This document shows, in pieces, positions 12,121-24,275 of a stretch of DNA of 64,000 bases. A program made the translations under genes and the position numbers. This stretch comes from Podarcis tiliguerta (lineage: Eukaryota). The stretch lies in NCBI GenBank assembly GCA_965153285.1, contig OZ229112.1, one strand, 5' to 3'. Positions within the stretch are counted from its first letter, which is position 1. The number at the start of each line of letters is the position of its first letter. A model generated the notes under the pieces. That model saw only the letters and a list, made by a program, of their open reading frames with translations. It was not told where the DNA came from and ran no database searches.

Positions 12121-12311
12121 GACTATTCATGGGAAGACCATGGCTATTCATTGGTAAATCGTCTCTATCCAGATGTGGGGCAGTTGATAGATGAGAAGTT
12201 TCAGATTGCATACAACCTGACTTACAACACAATGGCCATGCATAAAGATGTGGATACCTCAATGCTCAGGCGGGCAATCTGGAATTATATCCATTGTATG
12301 TTTGGAATAAG
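12121..12311 (+). CDS. SESN1: Sestrin-1 exon 8: [11 protein letters not shown]...HCMFGI(R)
   Basis: tttttaag|GAC, AG|gttggt, 191 nt. Confidence 0.97.
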
Positions 12312-12982
12312 GTTGGTCCTGTTATGTGTATATGGGCAGCTTTATGGTAACGCTGTGCACTTGCTTGTTATGCTAGACATTGTTGACATTCTGAGTTTAG
12401 TATACATAACCTGTAAGGAATACTTTGCAAAACTTACATCAAAAGTTATGTTGTCCCAAGCTGCAGCAGTCATGGATACATTAATTGGATAAGCTGATAA
12501 GGAGTTCCAGGTCAGAGCAAATAGCCTAGTGGCTTGGAATGTAATTTGCCTTAATTTGAAATGAAATAAAATAAAATAAAATGCTAGTATGGAATAGGGT
12601 TTTATACTACTCTCAGGTTCATGGCCTGAAGAAATCACCAAGGAATTGGAATTATTTGTGGGTAGGGGCATGGGAAGCAGTGATCTGCAGGATAGAGAAA
12701 GGCAGAAGAAACCTGTAGGACTGTAAGCGCCATGTGATAGTGCTGCTTCACACAAAGGAAGTAATCTTCCAGAGCTGTGGGAAGCAGAGAAAAGCACTGG
12801 AGAAGGGAAGTTGTTCAACTGGAGAGAAGAGGAGAAAGTATTCAGAAGGCTACTGTCATGGGGCTGTGGTTGGAGATGCACAGAAACACCTATTCCTGTC
12901 AAGTAGCTACTATGATGATTGTACTGTAAAGACAAAAATATTTGTTTTTGGAGAGATAAGTTTCCCCCTTAATTCCAAACAG

Positions 12983-13127
12983 ATATGATGACTATGACTA
13001 TGGTGAAATTAACCAGCTACTGGACCGCAGTTTTAAAATTTACATCAAAACTGTGGTGTGTGCTCCTGAGAAGACCACAAACAGAATGTATGATAGCTTT
13101 TGGAGACAGTTCAAACACTCTGAGAAG
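12983..13127 (+). CDS. SESN1: Sestrin-1 exon 9: [13 protein letters not shown]...[10 protein letters not shown]
   Basis: ccaaacag|A, AAG|gtaagt, 145 nt; carries the DD motif used for GATOR2 binding in sestrins. Confidence 0.97.
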
Positions 13128-13790
13128 GTAAGTTCTTCAAACATATATTTTGACTTTGCTATATTGAGCAATAATGTTGCTTGATAGTTAGATAATGAGG
13201 CCAATACATTTTGCTTGCAACTCCCATGATTCTACGTAGATTTAATCTCCCATTTATTACAAACTTGTATACTTTTTTCAAATAAGCAGTGTTTGTATTT
13301 TTACATTCATAGTATGAGAGAATAAGGATTATAATGATGTTGGTTCACATCACTGTAGCAAGCTTGATCGAAGACCTCTTTAAGGGTAGGCCTCTGCCTA
13401 CTGCACCTACATAGTATGTTCTTGGATCCCAGGGAAGGCTCTACACAGTGCCTTCATTTTACATTGGCCAACCTTATCACACAGTGAGGATGTATTGGAC
13501 ACTATTTCCCACTTGCCTGTCTTCTGTACACAGGATTCTAGTGGTTTAATATTTTTTCGTGTTGATTCATTTTAATACTTTCAAACTGTGACCATGGCTG
13601 TCAGATGGGGAAACATGCACTCTTTACAGATCCAAGGCCAGTAGCCACCATGCCACTGCTACTGGGTTCACGGCCTAATGGGTTGACCAGTGAAACATTT
13701 AATCACAGAAATCCTGCATGCTTGACAACAATACTCTGGACAGGAGACGTACTTGAAACTCAGCTATGTTTCTTCTCTTCTTCTTTAAAG

Positions 13791-13877
13791 GTTCATGTCA
13801 ATTTGCTTCTCATAGAAGCGCGGATGCAGGCGGAACTGCTGTATGCTCTGAGAGCCATTACTCGCTACATGACCTGA
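13791..13877 (+). CDS. SESN1: Sestrin-1 last coding exon: [28 protein letters not shown]
   Basis: ttctttaaag|GTT ... ACC TGA. Confidence 0.98.
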   Translation, partial: VHVNLLLIEARMQAELLYALRAITRYMT

Positions 13878-14812
13878 AATGTTTGGCTGGCTGGCTAACT
13901 AGGTTGGAAGGTGCAGCAGGTGCTGCCTACTAGGAGATGCTACCGAGCTTCGGAACCAGTGGTGGCTAAAAGCCATGAGATCGATTGTGCCATAACTTTC
14001 TTTTAGTTTCAGCTCCTTCCTTGGTGGAATATTACTACTGGGCTTGGTGGACAAAATTGTTCAGAGAGGCTCCTTGATCACTACAGCCTGCTCTTGATAG
14101 CACAGGAAACCATGATTTGTGGCAGCCAAGTAGTTAATTACGCAAATCTTGTATTGTTGCAAGTAGATAACAAAATCTGGGGACACGAGGAGAATTTAAA
14201 AAGACTTCTGCTTTTGATATAAGAATAACTGATATTTTTTAAAGGAAACGTCTTGATGCTGCTGTACTTGCTAGTGAAATGAAGAGACTAGCAATTCCAA
14301 TTAAGCTACAAATGAAATCTGAGCCTTATATGGTTATTAGAGAAAGTCCTTGCTAATGATTTGAAACTGAACTGTATTCACACTAACAGTTTTGATTGTA
14401 ACAGGAGTGTCTAGCTTTAAAAAAAAAAAGTTACTGGCCTGGACTTGTTCACAGTGGTTGTGTGGCTAAATCAACAGTGTGAAAAGGAGTAAGAATTTTC
14501 AAAGCTGCTTAAGACTGCAACTATGTGAAATGCTAAATGCTTGGTAACAAGGACAAACATTCTCCTATTTCTTATTGTTCCTAGAAGTTATCTAAGGTGT
14601 GGGAAAGTTAATTCAGACTATCAGGCAGCCTCTCCATACATTTGCTTACCCATGCCTATGGTCCATCACTTAGCTTATGTAGTCAAGCAGGAAAATAGCA
14701 TAACAATAAAACCCTTAAGTTTGGCATACAGCTGTTTCTGGAAAATATATGGATACTTTTGTATGAGCAGCATGAACTGCTATAAAATCTGTCAGTATTA
14801 CTGAATTGTTTA

Positions 14813-14818
14813 AATAAA
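14813..14818 (+). terminator. SESN1: Probable SESN1 poly(A) signal AATAAA
   Basis: AATAAA ~940 nt after the stop, followed by a U/GU-rich tract (tttttgttctgttcttattt); an alternative AATAAA lies at 15004-15009. Confidence 0.7.
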
Positions 14819-15801
14819 ACAATTTTTGTTCTGTTCTTATTTCAGGCATTTTATTTGAACTAGCATTAACTAGTATAGAGTAATGAGTGCGATATCTGGC
14901 CCTGCACTGCTGTCTATTTGTGTTTGAGGGGAAAGAACAAAAAACTAAAATGCAACCCCTGACAGTTTAACAGGAAGCATCTGCTATTTCCTTTAGTAAA
15001 AAAAATAAAATACAAGGTTTATGCTGATCCAAAAAATCATAGAACAAATGTGTGGTTCTTAAATTGGCTTAGGCTAAAACATACCTTCTACTAATTGCTG
15101 TATAAAGCAATTGAAGTCTAATAATATCAACATCCAAAGATGTTCTCAGTTCATCAAGGATATTGTATAAAGCTGATGCTTGCCTCTTTGCAGGTTGTTT
15201 AGTTTCAGTTTTAAAACAGATGCGGCCCTTTTTTTAAAGCATCAGAGGGAAGAGTAGAATATAGTAGTTTTGCATTAAACCAAATAGGAGCTAATGATGC
15301 AAAATCTCCTATAGAGGTTATTTGGGCATGTGCCTCTTCTGTATAATGTAGTAGAGATTTTCCACCACTATTTTGTTGATAGCAAGTCATATAAAAATTT
15401 CCAAGATAAAAAGTAATAATCAGTTTCTCTATGGACAATGTATTAGTTGAGTTAGTATGAGAACACTCCATTATCTAAAAAACAGTTGTACGAAATATAG
15501 GATTGGGGGGCAATGTCAAATTTTAGCTACACACATGGAAAAAAACCTTAATGCTGATTTAGTGCACCTCTAAATTTCTGGAAACCACAGAAGGGGAGGC
15601 CAGAAGTTGCTATTTTCCCCCCATTAAGGCTCTATTTTCTACAATCCGATCTAATAAATGCATATTTAATATCCCAAGTCAACAGGACAAGGAACTGAAT
15701 CCTTGCTCATCATGAGATAATCACTTTTCTGCAAACATCTACTGTCTTGGGACATATTTTTAGCTTTCTAAAAAGACACACAAACCAGATGCTGTAGCTG
15801 G

Positions 15802-15807
15802 TTTATT
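15802..15807 (-). terminator. ARMC2: Candidate proximal ARMC2 poly(A) signal (AATAAA on - strand)
   Basis: tttatt on + about 175 nt downstream of the ARMC2 stop. Confidence 0.55.
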
Positions 15808-15980
15808 TTTACATCCCTAAATGCCACTGGAAATTTAAGAAAAGGTATCATACAATGAACGTACATGCAAATACAAAAGAAAACTACCTAAAGCCACTTT
15901 CTGTCAAAGCACTTTGAGTGCAACAACTTTGCATAAACGGCCACTGGAGTATCCTCAGCACCCACCTTGAAATAAGGAAT

Positions 15981-16105
15981 TCAAAAGTTGCAGTCTTGAA
16001 TCCTCTGGAGAAGCTTCTGCGCCACAGGTTTGAACTCTGTTTCCCAGTAAAGTTTGTGATAATCTCTTAAATCGTCCAAATTGTAATCCAGAGCTAATTC
16101 TTCAT
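15981..16105 (-). CDS. ARMC2: ARMC2 last exon (18): (D)EELALDYNLDDLRDYHKLYWETEFKPVAQKLLQRIQDCNF*
   Basis: cttgctgcag|AT GAA; TGA at 15983-15981. Confidence 0.93.
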
Positions 16106-16434
16106 CTGCAGCAAGAACAACGATGATATTATCAGTCAATATGAAACAGAACAATGCATTTAAATTATTTAGGGTCTCTTCACAGGACGTGCAGGATTTT
16201 CCTTTTAGTAAACGTGACTAAGACTGAGAAAAATAGTGCCAATGTCTTCTTAAAAATCCACCTTGTGCATGTGACAGCAGTGAGTGTTGATCCTGGTCTA
16301 GATAGAACACTGCATAGATAATTTCACACAGCTGCTATACTGCCATTTGAACAAGAGGTAGTTTCTCAGTAAATATGGCTTAGTTGGATTCAACACAATA
16401 GAATTACAATTATCAGAAGTAGAGGTAAAACATT

Positions 16435-16810
16435 GGAGCCCTGCTGGATTAGACAAAGACGCTATTTAGTACAGCATCACGCCCCACAGCTGACTGCTTC
16501 TGGACAGCTCTCAAGACAGGCCTGAAGGCAAGAGCCCTCCCCTATGTTTTGCTCCTCACCACAGTTGGTATTCGGAGACATGCTTCCTCCGAACATGAAG
16601 GTACTATTATAGCGCATAGCTATTGACAAAAAATACACCCCCCATGGATTTTAGGCAATCTGCCTGTGGCCATTACCATTATTTATGGCATTTGCTGCCA
16701 TAAGGTACGTGTGCATTTTGTGAAGTGCTTTCATTTGTTTTGAAACTACTACCAGTCACTTTCATGGCATTAACACTAAATTCTAGTATTACCTAAGAGG
16801 AAGAAAAATA
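16435..16810 (-). mobile_element. Degraded CR1 3' fragment
   Basis: gagccctgctggattagac...; collinear with 1497-1886. Confidence 0.6.
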
Positions 16811-17115
16811 TATTCCATTCCCTTAATGACTTCATTAATGCCTTTTGCATTTCCCTCCCAGCAAACTGAAGACAATATGGGTGATATCCAGTTGTGGTTT
16901 CCCACTTGCACAAAAAGGAATTCCTCTCCTTCCCCAGAATCCTTCAGAGCAGTTAAGGAAGACTTTTTGGATCTTACTAGCGAACACTCTATCTAGGGTA
17001 GGTGTCCAAACAGCACTATACGTAGTATTCAGAATACGGCTGCCTGAGTGAGTAGCTTCTGTATTTTCATTCCACTTGTTAAGAAAGGGTAATGAGATTG
17101 GCTTTTACAGCTTAC

Positions 17116-17276
17116 CTAAAAATGATGCAAGGATAACGAGCAAGGTGTTTGATTCGTCATCTTCAAAGCAAGCTTTGGCCATGCTAACATTCTCACTGTA
17201 GTTCCACAAAGTTTTACATATCAAACAAGCCAGCTGCCAGTCTGTAGGCCCAAAGTCTCTCAAACAATCGATCAAC
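17116..17276 (-). CDS. ARMC2: ARMC2 exon 17: LIDCLRDFGPTDWQLACL...LASFL
   Basis: gcaacag|G, TAG|gtaagc, 161 nt. Confidence 0.95.
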
Positions 17277-17424
17277 CTGTTGCAATAATGGAGTAAAGAT
17301 AGTTTTAGACTTTTGTCAGGACTACCTTTTCTGTGGCTGTCCTTAAACCTGGATGTTTCTCTCCACCCCATCATAAGTAAAAGCTCACTTAACTCTCCAA
17401 CTCCCACTAGTTTTCTGAACTCAC

Positions 17425-17557
17425 TTTTTAATTCCTCCTTCTTCGTTCAATATACTACGCCTGCTTTTATCCACTGTAAGATTGAGGAGAACTCCGCAGG
17501 CTGAAAAGCAGACATCCTGGTGTTTGGTATCGAGCAAAGCGATCATGAACTTGTACA
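17425..17557 (-). CDS. ARMC2: ARMC2 exon 16: VYKFMIALLDTKHQDVCFSACGVLLNLTVDK...GGIK
   Basis: gtctag|TG, AA|gtgagt, 133 nt. Confidence 0.95.
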
Positions 17558-18220
17558 CTAGACAGCACAGCAAAAAATAACTATTTCAGAGAACAAGATT
17601 GTCTTTAAGAATTTTCACAGTGTTAACAATGAAACAAATGTGTGTTGAAAGTTTGAAGAACTCAACATATAATCCATATAATCCATGAATTTATCTGGCG
17701 CACTGCCGGAATACCACTCTCTCACTCCCAGCATTCAAGTTGCAGGTATCTAATGCTAAACAATATGAGCACTACAAAGCTGAATCATTAAACTTCTTTA
17801 TTATAGCAACTAAAATAAGATGTGCTTTACCAACAGCTCAGACTGTTAACATATTTGCTTTTATCATTAGCTACATGCTCAACAACACAATGGGCCATAG
17901 GTGCCCTTGAACTTCCCTCCAATTCTTGCAACCTCTGGCTTTTTGATGGTTTATCTGCTATGATTTCAGAGTGGCCCTAGCCATGGAGAGCTATTATGAT
18001 GTATCTACCCAACGTTACCTGCTCTGGTATAATGAGAATCTCTGAATTCCAAGGTCTATAAGCAGCCTATCGGACACATTGTTCTAATCCATATGCTTTC
18101 AAATGGCGCCATTTTGGTGTAGATGGATTTTAGCACTCGATATGTTAAACTTGAATAGGCAACATATTGTAGTCATGTAACTGATATTTATTTATTTGGT
18201 CTAATGGGACAGAAACTCAC

Positions 18221-18334
18221 CCTTTCGCTGTATAATGAAGTCACAGATTTCATGGCATTGTGAAAGATTACCAAAGACTCGAATAGCCTCCAGAATTCCA
18301 TCCATATTACTGCTCATTAATAGCTTTAAAAGCA
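18221..18334 (-). CDS. ARMC2: ARMC2 exon 15: LLLKLLMSSNMDGILEAIRVFGNLSQ...QRK
   Basis: ctaacag|TG, AGG|gtgagt, 114 nt. Confidence 0.95.
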
Positions 18335-18998
18335 CTGTTAGTACAGAAGCAGAAAAGATGCACTTAGCATAGTTCAAGAAATTGGTCACCTTTGCAGCAC
18401 AGTTAAATGATTGAAGCAAATTTACAACGTAGAGGAGTGGAAGTAAGAAAGCTCAGTACCCAGATAGTCTGCTGGAAACTAAATTACTGAATCTCTGTCA
18501 TATGAAAATATTGATGTGTGACTAGACAAGCACATTTTGATTACACTTGCTAAGCCAGCAATAACTCAGTATCACTCACTGGGTTTTCGGTATTCTAAAA
18601 TAATTTCTAGTTCTCCTGTAACTACAACTCCAAAAAAATTACCTAGTGTATAATAAATCCAAGGAAATAATCAGTTTCTAGTCTTGGAATATGTGAAGAC
18701 TCCTGTTAATGTCTTCTCATTTAATGTTTTTGAGCCCAATACTTGAGCTTTAAATTTGATATCATAGTTTTTAATCTATAATGGGAAAGAGCAACTTTGA
18801 GTTTAGATCTACACTCAACCTGCTGTTCTCCAGCCTAACCAGTTTGCAAACTGAGCAAATTTCATATTCATCATTACATCCACAAGGATTATCAAATGAG
18901 ATCAGCTTTACCAACCAAAACTGAGAAAGTAGATAACATCTTATTTCAGTGCTATTTCTCACTGTTGCTCAATACTATGAGGGATATTATATCATTAT

Positions 18999-19252
18999 AA
19001 GAAGAAGAAGAGGAGTTTGGATTTGATATCCCGCCTTTCACTCCCTTTAAGGAGTCTCAAAGCGGCTAACATTCTCCTTTCCCTTCCTCCCCCACAACAA
19101 ACACTCTGTGAGGTGAGCGGGGCTGAGAGACTTCAGAGAAGTGTGACTGGCCCAAGGTCACCCAGCAGCTGCATGTGGAGGAGCGGAGACGCGAACCCGG
19201 TTCCCCAGATTACGTGACTACCGCTCTTAACCACTACACCATACTGGCTCTC
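18999..19252 (-). mobile_element. Young tRNA/CORE SINE (MIR/Ther1-derived, Squam3-like), full length
   Basis: On -: A box TGGTGTAGTGG, B box GGTTCG, CORE gctgggtgaccttgggccagtcac, L2-like tail, (CTT)n end; nearly identical to the 61.8 kb copy. Confidence 0.9.
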
Positions 19253-19302
19253 TAATAACAGAAATATGATATACTAATCTTTTTAAATAAAAAAATCCTT
19301 AC

Positions 19303-19425
19303 GCTCTGCAATATATAATTTCTTCTCCTGGATTACAGAATTCTTCACTTGGTAGAAAGATAAATTGCTGATTGTTGCTGTGGTATTAATAACCAGCTCC
19401 TCACATTCATCAACTGATTTGTTTT
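19303..19425 (-). CDS. ARMC2: ARMC2 exon 14: ENKSVDECEELVINTTATISNLSFY...LYIAE
   Basis: tactag|AA, AGC|gtaagg, 123 nt. Confidence 0.95.
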
Positions 19426-19834
19426 CTAGTAATTTGGACAAAAAAAGACGTGTTTTTTCAAGACACTTAACATTTTGACATTTCACAGCTTTGGTGACTG
19501 TTGTTCACAACATTCCAAAGACTATATAAAAGAAAGCTTTGGGCCATTCCAAAACCACATTGTGATCATGCCTGGTTTTTCCATGAGGTGTTCATATGTG
19601 CCCATTCTCCTTGCTTATTTTAATAAGCAATATGCAGCAAGAATTTTGAAAATTTGCAAGTGAGAGGAGAGAAGCTTTCAAGACATGTCAATGCCAGACC
19701 TTACTTATATGGGCTTTCAAATTATATCCATCAAAGCTCAGTGCATCATCACAGAATACAGCCCCAACAATCCTGCTTACCATTGATACCAGTTTGTTGG
19801 TGTAGCCAAACAGACTGAATACATCAACTAATTA

Positions 19835-19985
19835 GGTAGGCCTTAATCAAGCAACTCTCTGTACCTAAACCATCCTATCTGCAATATGGGAGATATTATC
19901 ACTTTACCTTAGAAGGATGTTGTAAGGATTACAAACCGAATGCATGCGTGAACTCTGAAAGCTTGAGTGTGCTATACAAACATGC
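19835..19985 (+). mobile_element. Old MIR-like SINE remnant
   Basis: ctctctgtacct...atctgcaatatggg...accttagaaggatgttgtaaggatta. Confidence 0.6.
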
Positions 19986-20624
19986 ATTTATGATGTATGC
20001 CCACCACTATTCTCTACACTGTACTACAGAAAAACCTGGTGAAATTCTAAGTCACACTGACCTAGTAGTAAGCTCCACTGAAATGTGAAAAGGAGCTTGG
20101 TCCCAGTGGCTTAAGGCTTCATGGTCATATAACTAGAAAATACACCATCTTCCCTCTGGTTTCAGTATTATTTTTCCAGCAGAAAGAAGAAAATCAGCAT
20201 GGACGGCTTGCTTTGTTTCCTCAATGGGCTAAATCAGCAAAGGGTGCCTGAGTTTCTGAGGGTGGGAGCTGGAACTGGCTAGAGGGTACAGGGTGGTGTG
20301 AAGAGGTACCGTTTTGAGATGTTGAATTTACTATAGGAAATATCAGGGAGAGAAATGACATGCAGTATGGTTTATAGGAGATTGAATAGGGGATGGGCTG
20401 GTATGCAGCAGTTGAAACAGCAGACAAGCTTGCAGATAAAGGAAGATGATGGTGAATATGGTTTGGAGGATGACTGGAAAAATACTAGGGAAATCTTGGA
20501 GATGCTGCCAGTTTCATAGTATCATTAATCAACCAATTTCATCACTTTAGCAGGATTTAAATTATTTCACTATGGGAAACTTAAGGAAAAACGTTTCTTC
20601 CTCTAAGAACAAAGCAGTTCTTAC

Positions 20625-20937
20625 CTAGTACCGTAATGAGTAATGTCACAATATGATGGTTTGTTGCCAGACTTGTGCCTACAGTGGGATGGATGGACAA
20701 ATTGGCAACCACTCTTACAAGTTTGATGAGCACATCTTCTGCTTCAGACGGATGCTTGAGATTTTTTATATCGCCATCACCTTTCAGCAGTTTACTATTT
20801 AAATCAGCTTCACAATTAGCCTGGAATAGTGCTATCAGGGTATTAATGCTTCCTTGCACCTCAAAAAACTGTTCCCGGGCCCGGTTGTTCTTTGCTGTTA
20901 AATTTCCAAGAATAAAAATGATACGGATGACTAAATC
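20625..20937 (-). CDS. ARMC2: ARMC2 exon 13: DLVIRIIFILGNLTAKNN...LLITVL
   Basis: ttccag|GAT, TAG|gtaaga, 313 nt. Confidence 0.96.
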
Positions 20938-21489
20938 CTGGAATTAAAGAAGATGTAAACATCCCTGCTGTAAGTAAAAGTGATCAATAATGGTTTGCAA
21001 GAAGAAAATGGTCGTCTTTACTTCAGTTAATATCTACTGTACAGTATTTTAAAATGAAAAAACCCACAGCATGTAAAATTACCTCTCTTCTGTCTCATGT
21101 CAAAACCTTATAGAAGCCAAGAATGCCTTGTGATATTTTAAAAATAGAATGTGTTAATAGTCCTAAGTACATATATTTCTCTTTTAAAGTGTTTTTATTT
21201 TTTGGTGGTACTGTATTAGCTGTATTTTATTGTTTTATTACAGTTTTGTTTATTTTAATCCCCATATGTGAATGCAGGAATACCTTTTCTTCGTTAGTTA
21301 CCAAGCAACTGATGAATCAGGAGAAAGATAAAGATAAAATATTTTTTACTTTCTCGTTTTGTTAAAATGCAGCAGTCTGGAAACAGGACTGTCCAGTCAT
21401 AAATTAGAATTATCAGCTAGATATAATCAATTTAAATCTCGCACCTTCACACAATTTATGTTCTCAGGACAGCTAGCACAGTAGGGCAA

Positions 21490-21735
21490 GGCTATCAACA
21501 GCTATGAGCCACAATGGCTATGTTCCACCTCCACTGTCGGAGGCATGGTGCTTCTGACTATAATAATTTATTATTTATACCCCGCCCATCTGGCTGGGTT
21601 TCCCAGTTGCAGGGAACTGCAGGGAGAGAGCTGAAGCACTCATCTCCAGCTTGCAAGCTTCCCATAGGCATCTGATTCGCCATTGTGAGATGGGCCACTG
21701 GTACAATCCAGCAGGCTTGTTATGGGATCTTACAT
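21490..21735 (+). mobile_element. CR1 3' fragment interrupted by an antisense L2 tail (21559-21606)
   Basis: CR1-like sequence resumes after ataataatttattatttataccccgcccatctggctgggtttcccag. Confidence 0.75.
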
Positions 21736-23794
21736 AGCAAGAAACAAAACACTGCCAGAAATAAGACCATGGATTGACAGATTTAAAGTTGGTTCAATAG
21801 GCTGGTGGTCTGAGACTGAATATACTCTTCTACCAAGGTATTACCACTAGACAGAGTGCTCTGGCTGTGTTATTATTTGTTGCATACATCAGGTCCATGC
21901 TGTTATGCAGTTTGCTATACCAGAATACTTATTTTCTATGTAACATTCTAGGCTATGGAAAGACATAAATAAAAGGGTGTGATAGGGTGGGATTTCTACT
22001 GTGAGATTGTGGGCTTACAGAAAATTACTAAAATAAGTCTGGCATTGCATTAGTAAATTTCAGGATACTACAGTACAGACTAGAGGAAGCGATGGAAGGT
22101 TTCAGAATTCTGACACTTTTTTGCACGACAAGAAAAATAAATCATGCACTAGTCAGCCCACAGAAAACAAGTCTCCCATATCTCTATTCCCTGTGGGAGG
22201 CGGCTATAAGACATGCAGAGCTACTCATAAGTATTTCATCAGGAGTAAATTCTAATCTTCAAAGTCATTTTAGTCTGGAACTTTGTCCTCAATAGACCAT
22301 TGGCTGGTGTCATGAATTCTCCAATGAGTCTAATCATTCTGATTTGATTGGAAATTCCATAATTTTAAAATCTATCTTTCAGGTTTAGTAAAGAAGAATA
22401 GAACTTTAATGGAAGAAAGTTACTCCTGAAGCATGAAATGCAATAGTTGTCAGTCATTAAACCTTAAACAGATGAGCATTAACAACAGCATGAGCTGAGA
22501 GGGCAGATTTGTTGAGACTTGGTCCAAAATACAGAAACTGTTTCTTTATATCTCTATTAGTATCCTAAAACTAAAATTATTACATTTTTGTTCTAAATTT
22601 ATTTCCCTTGAACTAAGTCCCAATAATTTCAGATAACTTCATTCTAAGTAAGAATCATTCAACCTACAACAGCCCAGCCTAGTACCAGTGACATTTCCAA
22701 AGAGAAGGAGTGACTCATTGTGGCTGGTTTTGGCTCAGTCACCACAAAAATCCCCTGGGGAATTGGTATAGATTTAAGTAAACCCACATCTCTTTAAGGA
22801 TTACAAACTTCTCACTTTAAAAGTAAAGCAATCCCTATTGAAGATTTAAAAGGTGGGGGCTTTGACCTCAAGCACATAAATTCAACTGATGTCAGTGGGG
22901 CTTAAAGCAAGACATCCCTATTTAGCTGTTCATGCATCATTTTGGTATCACTGGTCATACCCTTTTCACGTGCTTAACATGTTAAAGAACAGACCCTAGT
23001 ACAAATATTCTTGGGACACTCACTATAACTTCTTGTCACTGTGAAGAAAGGTCATTAGCCTCTGCTACTCTACTGAGATGTTGGCCAATTGCCCGCCTTC
23101 CTAAAAAGCAAAGTCATCCAGGCATAAAAGGCCAAAGGATTTGGGTGAAACATTTTTTGAAATTCCCAGTACAAAATAACTATTTTTATCCGCTCAGCAT
23201 TTCCCACAGATTTGTGAGATAACAAAGGGAATTTTATATTATCTTAGTTATCATGGGGTGGCTTCCTGCTTTTAAACACATTTCCTCTTAGAAGGCCTGT
23301 TTTCAATGGAATTTACCTACAAGTACAAATTATTATGATCAGCCTAAGGCTGCAATGCACACTTACTTTGGTGTGCCCCATGAACGCAGTAAGATTTATC
23401 TATGAGTAAGCATGAACCGAGTCAGACTACTTAGCACTTAAAGCAAGGGGTAAGCAATTGTAAGGCTTGTGAAATATGTCTAGTACACTGAAGCTTGGCG
23501 TCATGCACTGTTGTCACCCAGCCATTGTAGCGCTGCTACTCTGTGACAACTTTCTTGCAGGCCTGGTGGCAGCAGCAGATGCCGTGGTGGAGCTGCACCT
23601 CTCGCCTGACCTCTGTCTTGCTGACACTCTGCAGAATACATGAACAGAGAAAGGGAGGCGTGCAGTGGCAGTGAGACAGGCATGGTGGAGCCAATGTCTG
23701 GCTGGCGGTCAGAATTAAAGTTTGGCCCTATACAACACATAGCCCTTAGATTGCTTATTTCTGATAATGAAGTCCATTGGGGGAAATGTCAAGG

Positions 23795-24012
23795 GTGGGG
23801 AATTCAACACAGCGTCAAGAAGGGTGTGTGAGAGCTCGCTCAACAGGACTTCTTCCCCTGATGCGCCCCTTAAACCTGTTCTAGGTTCCCCCAACTCTTC
23901 AGAGCGTATTTGGGGGGCACAGGATCAAGCAAGGGAAGGAGAAAGGAGAAAAGTCTCATTGCGCAAGCGGATGTTGTTCTGTTTGTGCAACAACTCAGTT
24001 GAATCCCGCCCC
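23795..24012. mobile_element. Old palindromic MITE-like element (relatives near 6480-6680, 30350-30600 and 40575-40800)
   Basis: Inverted ends gggtggggaattcaac / gttgaatcccgccc around a ccccttaaacctgttc..cagagcgtatttgggggg core. Confidence 0.5.
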
Positions 24013-24275
24013 AACACTCCAAAAACGACTCATCTGTATGCTAAGAAGAAGAAGAAGGGAGTTAATCAACTGCCTGTCCCTTATATCGCCCCCGCTGTTA
24101 ATCTAAGTTGAGTCCATTTCAATAATTTACTGTTTAGAAATGCTGTCAACCGTTTAAAATTTCTATCTTGTAAATGCACATGAAAGTAGGTCACTGAATA
24201 TGGGCTTACACACATACGACACCACAGACACATCCAAGGATTAAAATATAAAAAGCAGGAGATGAAAAAACTGAC

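Larger units (their letters stand above)
3461..14840 (+). other. SESN1: SESN1 gene, 5'-partial (exons 2-10 plus 3' UTR; first exon(s) upstream of window)
   Basis: Nine GT-AG exons join in frame (66+201+183+240+148+113+191+145+87=1374 nt) into a sestrin with RHQCSYL, WSLAEL, RYDDYDY and C-terminal [10 protein letters not shown]; the 3' end is inferred from AATAAA at 14813. Confidence 0.97.

Noticed and set aside
12342-12935. 197-aa - strand ORF inside SESN1 intron 8
   Set aside because: Ser/Leu-rich, no recognisable domain, overlaps degraded repeat-like DNA; most likely a chance ORF
17277-17424. Open frame running through the short ARMC2 intron 16 (ORF 17105..17407), suggesting coding intron retention
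   Set aside because: The intron is 148 nt, and retention from exon 16 reads AAG TGA, an immediate stop
18337-18343. Perfect TACTAAC branch-point motif on - strand
   Set aside because: Directly abuts the acceptor AG, too close to serve it; no evidence for a downstream alternative acceptor
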